Below the pieces are notes generated by a model, which was not told where the DNA came from, did no database searches, and worked only from the letters and a program-made list of their open reading frames with translations. 64,000 nucleotides of DNA from assembly GCA_977017575.1 (NCBI GenBank), contig CDRNVI010000021.1, positions 310,001 through 374,000 of the forward strand, written 5' to 3'. Positions within the stretch are counted from its first letter, which is position 1, and the number at the start of each line of letters is the position of its first letter. Position numbers and translations under genes: made by a program. Origin of the DNA: Paramoeba atlantica (lineage: Eukaryota; Protista; Discosea). Shown piece after piece: positions 28,905 through 39,237 of the stretch.

Positions 28905-31109
28905 ATGACGAGCATACAGGTCGCGATTAGATTACGGCCGCTTCTGTCAGGAGAATCCGGTGCGAATAACATGGAATATCACAGTGAAACAAAGAGAATA
29001 TTATTCGGGCCAAAAACGTTTGATTGTGATCATCTGCTCAGCCCTGACTATAGCCAAGATAAAGTATTTCAGCAGTGCTGCCGTCCTACTCTAGATTCCA
29101 TTCGCGATGGCTCGCAGGGTACGATTATGGTTTATGGGCAAACAGGAACAGGTAAAACGCATACGATTTTTGGATCTGATCCGAAGAAAATGGATGGAAT
29201 ATTTTTTCTCTGCGTTTCACATCTTTTAGAGCGAATTCAAGACAGTCCGTCGACGTTGTCTGTGTCTGTGGTTGAGGTGTACATGGAAAAAGTAACTGAT
29301 TTGCAGACTGGGAAAGAGATTCCTGTATATCACGGGGCTGCACGAAATTTGACATGGTCCATAATATGTTCATTGCAACAATCCGCAGATATTATTTTTG
29401 GTGCGCTGCGAAGCCGTCATGTTGCCAGCACGTCAATGAATGAGAGAAGCAGCCGAAGTCACGTAATCGTGAACATGAAAATTTTGCGTCGGAAGAGCGT
29501 TGAGGTGTCCGACGAAGACTTGGCCGATGAAGCTGAGATTACGCTAAATGAATCGCATCTTGCCTTAGTTGATCTAGCAGGCTCAGAGTGTGTGGGTAAA
29601 AGCAAAGCACAAGGGAAGACCATGCAAGAGGCGTCTTCGATAAATCGCAGCTTACTGGCATTGAAGAAAATCATACTGGACCTCTCATCTCCGAATCCTC
29701 CTTCGCACATATCTTATCGGGATTCGAAACTGACCGAGCTCTTGCAGGACTCAATAGGCGGTTTTAGTCGGACCCTACTAATAGCTTGTGTATCCTCTAG
29801 CTCAAGGGATATTGAAGAAACGAAATCTACCCTGGAATATGCCACAAAGGCACGCTTAATTAAGAATTTGGTTAATTCCGAGAAAGAGAAATTGCAACTA
29901 AAGATCAAAGGCCTGCAATATGAATTGCAGAAAGCGAAAAACAAGCTTGAAATTCAAGCGAATGAACGAGGACACGTCGTTATCACAAAGTCGGAGTACG
30001 ACGACCTTTTACGAAGAGGCAGTCGTATTGAGGAGCTGGAAGAAGCACTAAAAGATGCACTTCAAAGTGCGGAGAAACGATTGAATGTTGTAGAATTTAA
30101 CCAAGGTCTTATGAAAAAACTTCGTGAATCATTGAGACTGAAGGACGAAGAAATTAGCAATTTACACGCTCGCATTAGCGGCGTAGAACATCGTCTTTTA
30201 CCGCTATTCGAGAATTGCACTAATAGATTGGAGAACCTTCTTTGTGAGGAAGCGGATGCCGTGAATGAAAAAGTTGCTCAAATGCACTCTTCATACATTT
30301 CACACGCTCCTGAACTTTCCCCACAATGGGATTTGCTTGAAACCAAATTTTCTTCCGTGCTTGCAGAATTTCGCGACAACATAAACGAGCAGTTTACTGA
30401 TATCCGGAACTCTGTGCAAGGCGTAATCAAGGCAGCTCCCTCAGCTGTTGACGTACAGGAATACAGAGACATTATCCCGGAACTACGGCGTAGTGCTGAG
30501 CGAACTTTAGAATTACTTAGTACTGTTGATAAGCGGGGAGATATGCTTCATGCTGTAACAAATGAAATGCAACAATATGCGGAAACATCGCATTCACATA
30601 TTTTAGCCTCTCAGGCGGCTATTCGAGAAGATCGCTCGGAGAGAATATTGGTTCCTTGCGTACGAAAAATGCTGAAGGACTGCCAAGACGAATATTTCGC
30701 TCACGTGAACCAAGATTCGTTGAAACTTCAAGAAAGGGAATTTTCATTTACTGGCCTGCGAGAGACTATGCATGAATTTCATGCACAAGCTGTGGAAATA
30801 ACTAATGAAGAATGTAATCCAGAGAAACGTGCCCGGTTACCTCATGGCTCAGCAAGAGACACGACAAGTAGCTCCCGTTCCACCCTGCGTCGGGACATTT
30901 ACGCGCGAGAAACAGACAGCCAAAAAGGATGCTCAGTAAAGGAGTCGCGAGCAGCTAGCGTGCAGCCGAGCAGCTCTGTATCAAATACCGAACACACCAC
31001 TCCAAGGGCCGCGAGTGCATCCTATGAGCTGCCTAGCCTAAAAGACAAATCGTGGAATAGAAAGCGACCACTTACCAACGCTACGAATAAGACTGTACTC
31101 AAAAAATGA
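28905..31109 (+). CDS. Kinesin (N-terminal motor, kinesin-5-like signature, coiled-coil tail)
   Basis: GQTGTGKT, NERSSRSH, DLAGSE, YRDSKLT.LLQDS.GG, EETKSTLEYA. Confidence 0.9.
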   Translation: MTSIQVAIRLRPLLSGESGANNMEYHSETKRILFGPKTFDCDHLLSPDYSQDKVFQQCCRPTLDSIRDGSQGTIMVYGQTGTGKTHTIFGSDPKKMDGIFFLCVSHLLERIQDSPSTLSVSVVEVYMEKVTDLQTGKEIPVYHGAARNLTWSIICSLQQSADIIFGALRSRHVASTSMNERSSRSHVIVNMKILRRKSVEVSDEDLADEAEITLNESHLALVDLAGSECVGKSKAQGKTMQEASSINRSLLALKKIILDLSSPNPPSHISYRDSKLTELLQDSIGGFSRTLLIACVSSSSRDIEETKSTLEYATKARLIKNLVNSEKEKLQLKIKGLQYELQKAKNKLEIQANERGHVVITKSEYDDLLRRGSRIEELEEALKDALQSAEKRLNVVEFNQGLMKKLRESLRLKDEEISNLHARISGVEHRLLPLFENCTNRLENLLCEEADAVNEKVAQMHSSYISHAPELSPQWDLLETKFSSVLAEFRDNINEQFTDIRNSVQGVIKAAPSAVDVQEYRDIIPELRRSAERTLELLSTVDKRGDMLHAVTNEMQQYAETSHSHILASQAAIREDRSERILVPCVRKMLKDCQDEYFAHVNQDSLKLQEREFSFTGLRETMHEFHAQAVEITNEECNPEKRARLPHGSARDTTSSSRSTLRRDIYARETDSQKGCSVKESRAASVQPSSSVSNTEHTTPRAASASYELPSLKDKSWNRKRPLTNATNKTVLKK

Positions 31110-32393
31110 GTAAGACGTCGCAAATATTTTCCTATGGGAACTGACTTCTCTACTCTGTATCTCATTCTCCTCGTTCTCCTTGTCTAGCATCATCATCGTA
31201 TGACTTGCCTTAAGGTCTACTATAAAAATGAAAAAGTGTTCCTTTCGGATTAAATGTTTTACACTCTGTATGCGCCAGATGGTATTCTTTTAGACATACA
31301 AGCGCACCACTTTACCTGTATCAAGGACCCTTCATCACCTACCCTACATCCATCCGAAACTAAAACCATCTCCTTTTTCTTTTTACCCACCTCATCTTCA
31401 AACCTCATAAAATTAGCCTCAGGGGTCCGAATAACTATAAAACTTTATTATAGGTACTTTAAAGTAACTATATAATTTTTCCCTACCTTTATCTACCTAT
31501 ATTTTTTTGTCAATGATTTGCACTGGAATCGTACTATTTTGTTGAAATTTTTCAATGCCTGGGCTCTCGGGTAATACAGAAAGTCGAGCTGAATTTGTCC
31601 AGCGTTATTAGCAATAAGGCCTTGTACTACTTACAAGGAGGTGGAGGCCCGGAAAACAATTTCTGAATGTCGGCTCTGTAGTTCAAAAGCGGAACTTTGT
31701 TTGCGAAAAAGGCACTCGGACCTCGTACTCTTCAGCCCTGAGTCATAGTGAAGGAGAAGCGAGTCAGAAAGCGGAAGACGGAAAATGCTGTTGAAAGTGC
31801 AAATTTATGTCAAGTCCTATAAACCTTTCAAAGGTGTTCGAAACCATGATATAATGGAAGTGTGATCATGGAGTATGAAACGCGGCCATTCAGGATCCAT
31901 TGTTGCAGACACTGGCTATTCCCATAGTAGAACAACATGTTCAATATGCGTCTTGTGTTCTGGAAATGCTACAATCTGGAGTCAAGTGGTAGTGGAAATT
32001 TTAGAAGCAGAAACATTGATAACATTGTTCAACAATGTAATCGTTGATATCGCATGGCTTATCAACGACGATCAGAGAAGGCCTGGTGGAAGTGTTTTCC
32101 ACGTCTGATGCTGATGAAGCTTGTTCGGCACTATAACTGCCTGAAAACTATACCTGTGCAAGATTGTTTCCTAAGTAGGTAATCAGAAAAATCATTCCCT
32201 CCAACAAGGCCTACTCTCCGCGACCCGAGCACCCAGACTGCACAGATTCCCCACCCAAATGGCACAAAAAGTCGACCGCTAAAATTATAGGTACATAAAA
32301 CTTTAAAGGTAGTATAGGTACTTTATAGTATCTTTATTTATTTTTTTCCTAAAAACAGCCTAAAACAACTCTACACCATCTTCTCTATCCTCG

Positions 32394-33170
32394 ATGAAAC
32401 CCCAGCAACACCAACAAAACCCCCCTCCCCCACCCCCCTCCCCCTCCCCCCCCTCCCCCTCCCCCTCCCCCACCGTCTACGACCTCACCCACGACCTCCA
32501 CGCCTCCCACCCCGTGTGGCCGGGCCGTCTCCCGCTCTGCCGCACCCGCGACACCTCCGTCCCCACCGAGGGCTACGCCACCGAGCACTACACCCTCGGC
32601 GGGGACTGCGGCACCCACGTCGACGCCCCCGCCCACTTCTTCCCCCACCTCCCCCCCATCGACCGCATCCCCCCCCACCGCCTTGTCGCCCCCTTGGTCG
32701 TGGTGGACGTCGCGGAGAGGTGTCGCGGGGACCCGACCTACGGGCTGGGGGTACGCGACATAGCGGAGTGGGAGGGGAGGTACGGGGGGATCCCACACGG
32801 GGCGCTGGTGTGTATGCGCTCCGGGTTTGATGAGAGGTTTGAGAAGGGGGGGGGGAGGGGGGAGGGGGGGGGAGATGAGTATTGTAACGCCATGAGGTTT
32901 CCGGGGTGGAGTGCGGAAGCGGCGAGGTATTTGGTGGAACGTGGGGAGGGGGATTCGATTGTGGGTATTGGGGTGGATACGTTGTCTACGGATGTGGGTA
33001 CGGATGAGAGTTTTCCGGTGCATAACATTGTACTGGGCGCGGGATTGTATCAGGTGGAGAATTTAAACTTGCGTAATGTTCCGGTCGTGGGGTGCACGGT
33101 GGTTGTGGCTCCATTGCGGATTCGTGGCGCCCCAGAATCCCCGGCGAGGGTGATCGCGTTTTACAGGTGA
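32394..33170 (+). CDS. Cyclase / kynurenine formamidase (KynB)-like metallohydrolase
   Basis: DLTH, PVWPG, CGTHVDAPAHF, GIGVDTLS, VH..LG, VENL, GAPESPARVIA. Confidence 0.85.
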   Translation: MKPQQHQQNPPPPPPSPSPPSPSPSPTVYDLTHDLHASHPVWPGRLPLCRTRDTSVPTEGYATEHYTLGGDCGTHVDAPAHFFPHLPPIDRIPPHRLVAPLVVVDVAERCRGDPTYGLGVRDIAEWEGRYGGIPHGALVCMRSGFDERFEKGGGRGEGGGDEYCNAMRFPGWSAEAARYLVERGEGDSIVGIGVDTLSTDVGTDESFPVHNIVLGAGLYQVENLNLRNVPVVGCTVVVAPLRIRGAPESPARVIAFYR

Positions 33171-33384
33171 GTCCTGTTGAGCTTATGAGGCCTACAGTAG
33201 TAGTGCTCGCTAAGGTCCAAAACAAGGCAAATGTCCTCTTAACCTTCCATCCCCACCTTTTAATAGTCCTATACAGTATTTTGCTTTTGACTGATATTCG
33301 GTTAGGTAATGCACGATTGTAGTAATTTGTTTTTGTTTTTCGAATAGGAAACTTTCGTGAAAAGACTTGTTCTATCTATGAAAA

Positions 33385-34164
33385 ATGCATAGAGCAACTG
33401 GACAACGGCTTTGCTCACTTCAATCAGCGCAGATGTTTAGTGTCCCACGTTGGGCGCCACGGAAAACGTACTCCGTCAACCTGAGTAATTATTTAAATGG
33501 ATTGTACTGCTATCCGATAGATAGTTTTTTGCAACGACACGCGAAAGCCACGTCCGAGGAGAATATTTTGTGGCGCACCAAGTTTTTGGTTGTGAAGGAC
33601 TCCAAAGTGCATGGAGTATATCAACCGCCGTGTGCTCACCCCCTTCCGGTTTCGTTTGCTCCTGAAGGTATTGCCCTAGAGGATTACAAAAATTTTGTTG
33701 CCGCACACGACGGAAACGTTTTCGTACTTATTGCCAGTCGTCTCACCATTATGTGTGGTTTTTTGCGTCACGATGGCACCTGGGCAAAAAGGCCCTGGAT
33801 CCACCCTATTGATTCCGTCTCCCGCGCGAACAGAATGCGAACCACTCGAAACTCTTCCGCGTTTCGTGAGATGTGCAACTTCTTTAACGCGCACACAGCA
33901 GAGATCGAGGCCGCGGCAACGCTGTACTTCCGTGTCTCCCCCGAGCACATAGTGTTAAATCCCACTTCGGAGCACTGCAAACGACAAGCCATGGTTGAGC
34001 ACCACTCCGCGGTGATTTGGGGGGACCAGTTGGAGAATAACCAAACGATCCCCTTTGGGGCCGATCCCAGGTGGGCGCCCCTCCCCTCTTGCGGGTGGGA
34101 GCAGCTGTTTCACACGGACGGGGTGCTACGTTTCATGAACAATGGCATTGTAGAGGTCGCGTAG
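33385..34164 (+). CDS. Hypothetical protein, possible mitochondrial presequence
   Basis: 259-aa ORF on the polycistron strand; no motif recognised. Confidence 0.55.
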   Translation: MHRATGQRLCSLQSAQMFSVPRWAPRKTYSVNLSNYLNGLYCYPIDSFLQRHAKATSEENILWRTKFLVVKDSKVHGVYQPPCAHPLPVSFAPEGIALEDYKNFVAAHDGNVFVLIASRLTIMCGFLRHDGTWAKRPWIHPIDSVSRANRMRTTRNSSAFREMCNFFNAHTAEIEAAATLYFRVSPEHIVLNPTSEHCKRQAMVEHHSAVIWGDQLENNQTIPFGADPRWAPLPSCGWEQLFHTDGVLRFMNNGIVEVA

Positions 34165-34503
34165 GTCGTGAGAGGGTTTAACGGGGTGATCATTCTACCA
34201 GTCTACTACTGTTTCTCTGCGTTCGAAAATGCACTGGTTTTTTCTCGTATTGTTCACTTTTTGTGCTCTCGACTTGGAGCGATTACATTTCTGGGGAATA
34301 GTGGACAGTAACAAAATAACAAAAATTAACGAAAAGAGTTTTGAAGAAGACTGTAGGTCCACGTTCAACGCATCTGGAATCTTAAAGCATAACTGTAACC
34401 TTATCATACATGTATTCAATATTCTAGTTCACTGTCGTGTACCTCTTTTAATATGTGCATGCATATGACGTAAATCATATTTCCCATATTCTAAAGCGCT
34501 TTA

Positions 34504-34782
34504 ATGGGGTTCAATCTTACCGATATTTTGAGAGCTTCTCTGTTGATAGTAAATAGCATGGCAATTCTTTCTGAGCGGAGATTTCTTGCGAAATGGGGGA
34601 TGGCCTCGCACGATGTAATGCGATCGCTCCAAACCATTAATACTAACGACATTGATGGGCAATTTGAACCTGGTTTGAGAACTCAAGTCGCCAACATCTT
34701 GAGCAGTGTCCGCCTTATACTCCGAATTCCACTGATTATCATAAACGTTCTCGCAATAATACTGGGAATAATCCTTGGATAA
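34504..34782 (+). CDS. YOS1: YOS1/IER3IP1 ER-Golgi membrane protein
   Basis: LLIVNSMAILSERRFLAKWG ... SVRLILRIPLIIINV. Confidence 0.85.
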   Translation: MGFNLTDILRASLLIVNSMAILSERRFLAKWGMASHDVMRSLQTINTNDIDGQFEPGLRTQVANILSSVRLILRIPLIIINVLAIILGIILG

Positions 34783-35022
34783 GACACATATGCTAAAATT
34801 TTACATGCGATATGTAATTTATTTTGTCGGTCTGATATCTACGACACGGTAGATAAAGTGGTTACATGTGTAACATGTCAGTGTAACGCAACATTTTTTT
34901 AAGTATTAAGTGATCATAAATTACCTTTTCTAAGCTCCAATGGTGCTTCAATATCGATATTCCTTGCTTATAGGACGGATTTTTGCACCACAAAATGCAT
35001 TCCTTGTGATAAAATGTAAAGC

Positions 35023-35958
35023 ATGAGCTTTCGTTCCGAACCTGTCGACCGCACCAAGGATTTGTTTCAGTATATAAAGATTCGACAAGACACACAGATC
35101 GACAAGCCATTTCACAGAAAAAGGTCTGCACACCATCCGCATGGGTCAGAAAAAACTGCGTCGACAGCAGCAAGTAGATCCTTTTCCCCTCCAGATTTGA
35201 CACCCATGACATTTGTCGCGCACTCTATGACACTCGCTGAGCAGATTTCTGCAACACAGGATATGGTCCACAATTTAACCGAAGCAGTAGCGGGTTCTAA
35301 TCGCTTTGGGAACGTTTTTGACGACGCTACACGTGATGTCCAGGAGCTGATATCGCTTATTCGACGTTCGCTAAAGGAAATTCAACACGAAACAGAATCT
35401 TTGGCTCGCAAGAGATCTCAGACAATCAGGTATAGTAGCGAGCAAGAAGCTCAGAACGAAGATGTCATCGTTCATTCGTTACGGTTAAGACACATGAAAC
35501 TTGCCAAGTCATTTCAAAATCAGTTAGCACTTCGCACCAAGGCGCTTGCCGAGGTGAATAAGCGACGTAGTAGATATGTTTATCACGGATCTGATCGCAA
35601 TACTCTATTTAGCTCTGACGAAAGAGGTTCTGTCGAATCTACTACGTTAAAGCTAGAAGAAACCGCATCTCAAACTCGGGATTTTTCACAGAGGGCAAAA
35701 GCTGCACATGGCCTTGAGAAATCTGTTCATCAGCTTTCGGATGTTTTTCAAGATTTTACCCGCTTAGTAACCGAACAGGAATCACTGTTGTTGCGAATAG
35801 ATGACGAGACGGAATGGTCACTAGGAGCCGTGCAAACGGGTCAGGGAGAACTACTCCGATATTTTCATAGCTTGCGGTCCAATCGGGGATTTATTCTTCA
35901 AGTCCTCTCTATTCTTTTAGGATTCGTATTGATTATTGGAATGGTTGTCCTCAAATAG
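35023..35958 (+). CDS. STX5: Syntaxin-5/Sed5-like Qa-SNARE
   Basis: DRTKDLF N-peptide, Habc helices, SNARE motif LEKSVHQLSDVFQDF..LV.EQ...RID, C-terminal TM helix. Confidence 0.75.
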   Translation: MSFRSEPVDRTKDLFQYIKIRQDTQIDKPFHRKRSAHHPHGSEKTASTAASRSFSPPDLTPMTFVAHSMTLAEQISATQDMVHNLTEAVAGSNRFGNVFDDATRDVQELISLIRRSLKEIQHETESLARKRSQTIRYSSEQEAQNEDVIVHSLRLRHMKLAKSFQNQLALRTKALAEVNKRRSRYVYHGSDRNTLFSSDERGSVESTTLKLEETASQTRDFSQRAKAAHGLEKSVHQLSDVFQDFTRLVTEQESLLLRIDDETEWSLGAVQTGQGELLRYFHSLRSNRGFILQVLSILLGFVLIIGMVVLK

Positions 35959-36081
35959 CGAAGTTGATAACAGAACTTTTAAACTTTGTTTGATTTCACG
36001 CCATTAGCCCCCTTCACCCTCAAACAACGTTCTGTTTGTCACTTAGCAAAAATCAGATTTATTTTAACTTTTCTCCTGTGT

Positions 36082-37935
36082 ATGTCGATCAGCTCCTTCG
36101 GCCGCGTGCTTTCAAAATTAAAAAAGGAACATGGAGGACAACCCCCACCCCCTCGTGACAAACAGCACCCCCCTATTCCTCCCCATTTACTTTCCCACCC
36201 CGGAACCGGTCATGACCCGTACGACTCCCATCCTCCCCCGCACCCCCCGTCCTACCGCATGGACGCCCACTCTCGTGAGTCCCACCCCCCACCCTACCCC
36301 TACCCCACCCACGAGTCCTACAATCCCGGTCACTGGCCAAACCACGAACGACCTCGAGAGTCTCCCATCGACCCCCGGAGTTACCCGCCCTCACTACAAT
36401 CCTACGGGCCGCCTCGGCCGTCTATTGGAGAAGACATCCTGCCGGAGGTCCCGTTAGGAACTTCGTTCTCCCATCTCGGGGCTCCGATGACCAGCTCTCC
36501 GACGACAAGCTCCTCTCTCGGCAGCCATCTTGACGGTTTCGGGTCCTCAAGAGCCCGTTCTCCTCGACTACAGGGAGCTCTCCCCTCCTCGATCCCAGCC
36601 ATCCCTTCCCCGTCTTCGTCTTCTGTTCCTTCGCCTGTGGACACAACCAATGCAGGGATTGAGGTCACACTACAAAAAGCAACCCCCCAGGACCCCCTGG
36701 GGCTAAACTTAAATGAGAATTTAGTGGTCGTGGGGATCCACGAGAACTCGGTAGCCTATCGAGCGCACGTCCCGCTGCGTCATCGTGTGGTGCTGGTCAA
36801 TGGGCAGCTGGTAAGTAATTTGGACCAGTTCCGACATGCCCTGGCCACCGACGGTAGTGGGTTGGACATTAAACTAAGGCTATCGCCCACGGTGCTGCGT
36901 AGTCAGTTGAACCAGGAGCTACTGGATAAAGTCGTGGCGAGGATAATTTCTGGGGAGGAGATTGATTTAGAGGCACTGAAGGCTAACGTGCGGTATGAGT
37001 TTCTCCACGAGGCAAGTCCGTTTCACAGTGCCTTTACACGTCGGTTAGAGGCAGCGCGCACGGTGATGAAATATTTGGATGATTTCGAGGTTTCGTTGGA
37101 AGAAACGGACGAGTTTGAGGCAGCGAAAGAATGCACCGATGAGGAGCTAGACGCCGCGCTGAAGTGGCTTGATACATTTGATCCTCCGAAAACTACGTCC
37201 GGTGAAGACGCTGCCCCCTCTACAGGGTCGGCGAGTATTCCTAGTGAGTGGATCTCTGAAACAGGACTTGGTATTGCTGAGAAAGGTCCGTATGGAAATG
37301 AGGTGGGTGGGAATTTGCCCACGCCCTCGGCCTCCGAAGGACTTCCTTCTCATCCGGTGGCTGTTGTAGTGAACGCACCGATGGCAGAGCTCCCGCCCAG
37401 CGCCCCCGTAGCGAACGCTCTGGCATCTGTGAATGATGCAGCCATGCCTGCGATCGATAAAACGACGGAACTGACATCACAGACTGGCGGCATCGAGGCA
37501 CTTAGAACCTTACCAGGGAATAAAATAACATCTCTTGCGGAACTTAGTGAGGAGGAAAACTCGGAGGATAATGTGATCATAAATAAGGCACCCCAACCCC
37601 CAACCGCGACTCCCGTGTCCCGCGGCTCACACCGCGAGGGAGAAAAAGGAAAGGATATCACCGAAGATCGTGAAAAGATAAGAAGAGACAAACGAAAAGA
37701 GCGTGCCGGTTATCAAGAAAATGAGGCTGTTGAAGATCGCTATGCTGCGCGCCGAGCCCGTCACGAGTCCCCTTACCGCAGTCGGTCCCGTTCTCGATCA
37801 AGAAAATACAAAAGGAAGTCTGCTGAAAGGGATAGACGATCGGATCGTGTGCACAGGAAAAGTCCACGACGCACAGAAAGATCGCCGGACAGAAGAGACC
37901 GTGAAACAAGATCTCGGCGCACAGGTAGGAGATGA
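36082..37935 (+). CDS. PDZ-domain protein with Pro-rich N-terminus and RS-rich C-terminus
   Basis: VTLQKATPQDPLGLNL...VVGIHENSVA...VVLVNG (PDZ); RSRSRSRSRK tail. First ATG at 36082. Confidence 0.7.
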   Translation: MSISSFGRVLSKLKKEHGGQPPPPRDKQHPPIPPHLLSHPGTGHDPYDSHPPPHPPSYRMDAHSRESHPPPYPYPTHESYNPGHWPNHERPRESPIDPRSYPPSLQSYGPPRPSIGEDILPEVPLGTSFSHLGAPMTSSPTTSSSLGSHLDGFGSSRARSPRLQGALPSSIPAIPSPSSSSVPSPVDTTNAGIEVTLQKATPQDPLGLNLNENLVVVGIHENSVAYRAHVPLRHRVVLVNGQLVSNLDQFRHALATDGSGLDIKLRLSPTVLRSQLNQELLDKVVARIISGEEIDLEALKANVRYEFLHEASPFHSAFTRRLEAARTVMKYLDDFEVSLEETDEFEAAKECTDEELDAALKWLDTFDPPKTTSGEDAAPSTGSASIPSEWISETGLGIAEKGPYGNEVGGNLPTPSASEGLPSHPVAVVVNAPMAELPPSAPVANALASVNDAAMPAIDKTTELTSQTGGIEALRTLPGNKITSLAELSEEENSEDNVIINKAPQPPTATPVSRGSHREGEKGKDITEDREKIRRDKRKERAGYQENEAVEDRYAARRARHESPYRSRSRSRSRKYKRKSAERDRRSDRVHRKSPRRTERSPDRRDRETRSRRTGRR

Positions 37936-38528
37936 GAAATCGTGTTTAGCCTTTTAGCACTAAAAAATGTTGCATCTTTTTGGTTTTTGTACTCAAATTA
38001 GTTCCCAGATCGTACAGGCGGCTGTACAGGACTGGTACCGCTGCGGGGTACGATAGCTGGGTTAGGGTGGAGTAGCAAAACCTCCAATTAATTAATGTTC
38101 GAAAAAAAAAGAATCCCCCCCCCCAAAAAAAAGTTCGAATTAGTTTGAACTGATTTGAATCACAGTACGTAGTTATCACGCATAAATTGCTCTTATATTC
38201 CATGCAAATTGGGTTTTGAGCATTACCCTTTGTTGGATATTTTTTTTGCGTCGCGACTATGCGCACCACAGTGTACAATATTCTCTCCACTGACGAATTT
38301 ATTTTGAGTGATCTCAGGTGTTGTCATGTTTACCTTTTTGTATGCGTCGGTAAGCTATCTGTCATTCAATTTTTAGCATGGTTCGCGGAAGCTTTAAAAC
38401 TTTAAATAAACTTATTTAAAGTTTTTAGCTGATTTCTTTTTGCGTTTGCACGCAATGATACAATGATTTGTTATCTACTAATCGTGTAGTTGGTACCTCT
38501 CCCATACGCAAAGTACGACAGTACAGAC

Positions 38529-39089
38529 ATGTCGGCGGATTTGGTTAGAAAGAGTCTGACATTCTTAGGACTATGTGGGAAGCCCACCCTAGCTGAAATA
38601 CGAGTGCAGTACCTTCGACTGGCTAAAAAATTTCACCCAGATGTTAATGGGGGCAGCAGCGAGAAAATGAAGCAAATCAATGCGGCCTACGAAGCGATTC
38701 AAGCTAATGCTAGCCTACTGGTCACGCAGGAAGGTCAATCCAAACCTGCAGGCAAAGATATCCCAGAGCGGCCAAAAAAACCACGTTCCCCTTCTGGACT
38801 TTATGTAGATCTTACGGTAGCTGAAGAGGACAAGGAGCAAGCCTTTAGTCACCCATATTCATACTGTCCGCAGTTTACGTTGCATGATGATATCAATCTC
38901 TATCGATCCATCCAAATGGGAAATACAGCAAGGCAGGTCGCGAGGTCGTTCGGGATATCTGAAGACGAGGTACGAAATCGAGTGGAATCGCCTCAATTTA
39001 AGCGACGCGTTCTCCTCGCAAAAGCGAAAACGAAGCCCAGACCGCTCGGTAGAAAACGAAACGAATTCTTTGGGTTTCCTCTTGAATGA
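38529..39089 (+). CDS. DnaJ-domain protein with Myb-like C-terminal motif
   Basis: LGLCGKPTLAEIRVQYLRLAKKFHPD...MKQINAAYE; FTLHDDINL...VARSFG. Confidence 0.85.
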   Translation: MSADLVRKSLTFLGLCGKPTLAEIRVQYLRLAKKFHPDVNGGSSEKMKQINAAYEAIQANASLLVTQEGQSKPAGKDIPERPKKPRSPSGLYVDLTVAEEDKEQAFSHPYSYCPQFTLHDDINLYRSIQMGNTARQVARSFGISEDEVRNRVESPQFKRRVLLAKAKTKPRPLGRKRNEFFGFPLE

Positions 39090-39237
39090 ATAGCAAAATT
39101 TTCTCAATTATTGTTTGGCAACAATTGTATCGACACCCATGTTGAGAATTATGCTCTCCAGGAACTTCTACGGTAATAATCCTTGTGAGTAAACGTTGTT
39201 TGTATGTGTATCTCATGTTTGTGCACATTGTTTGTGA

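Noticed and set aside
31660-31745. Possible tRNA starting GGCTCTGTAGTTCAA
   Set aside because: A-box-like start only; no B box or cloverleaf follows.
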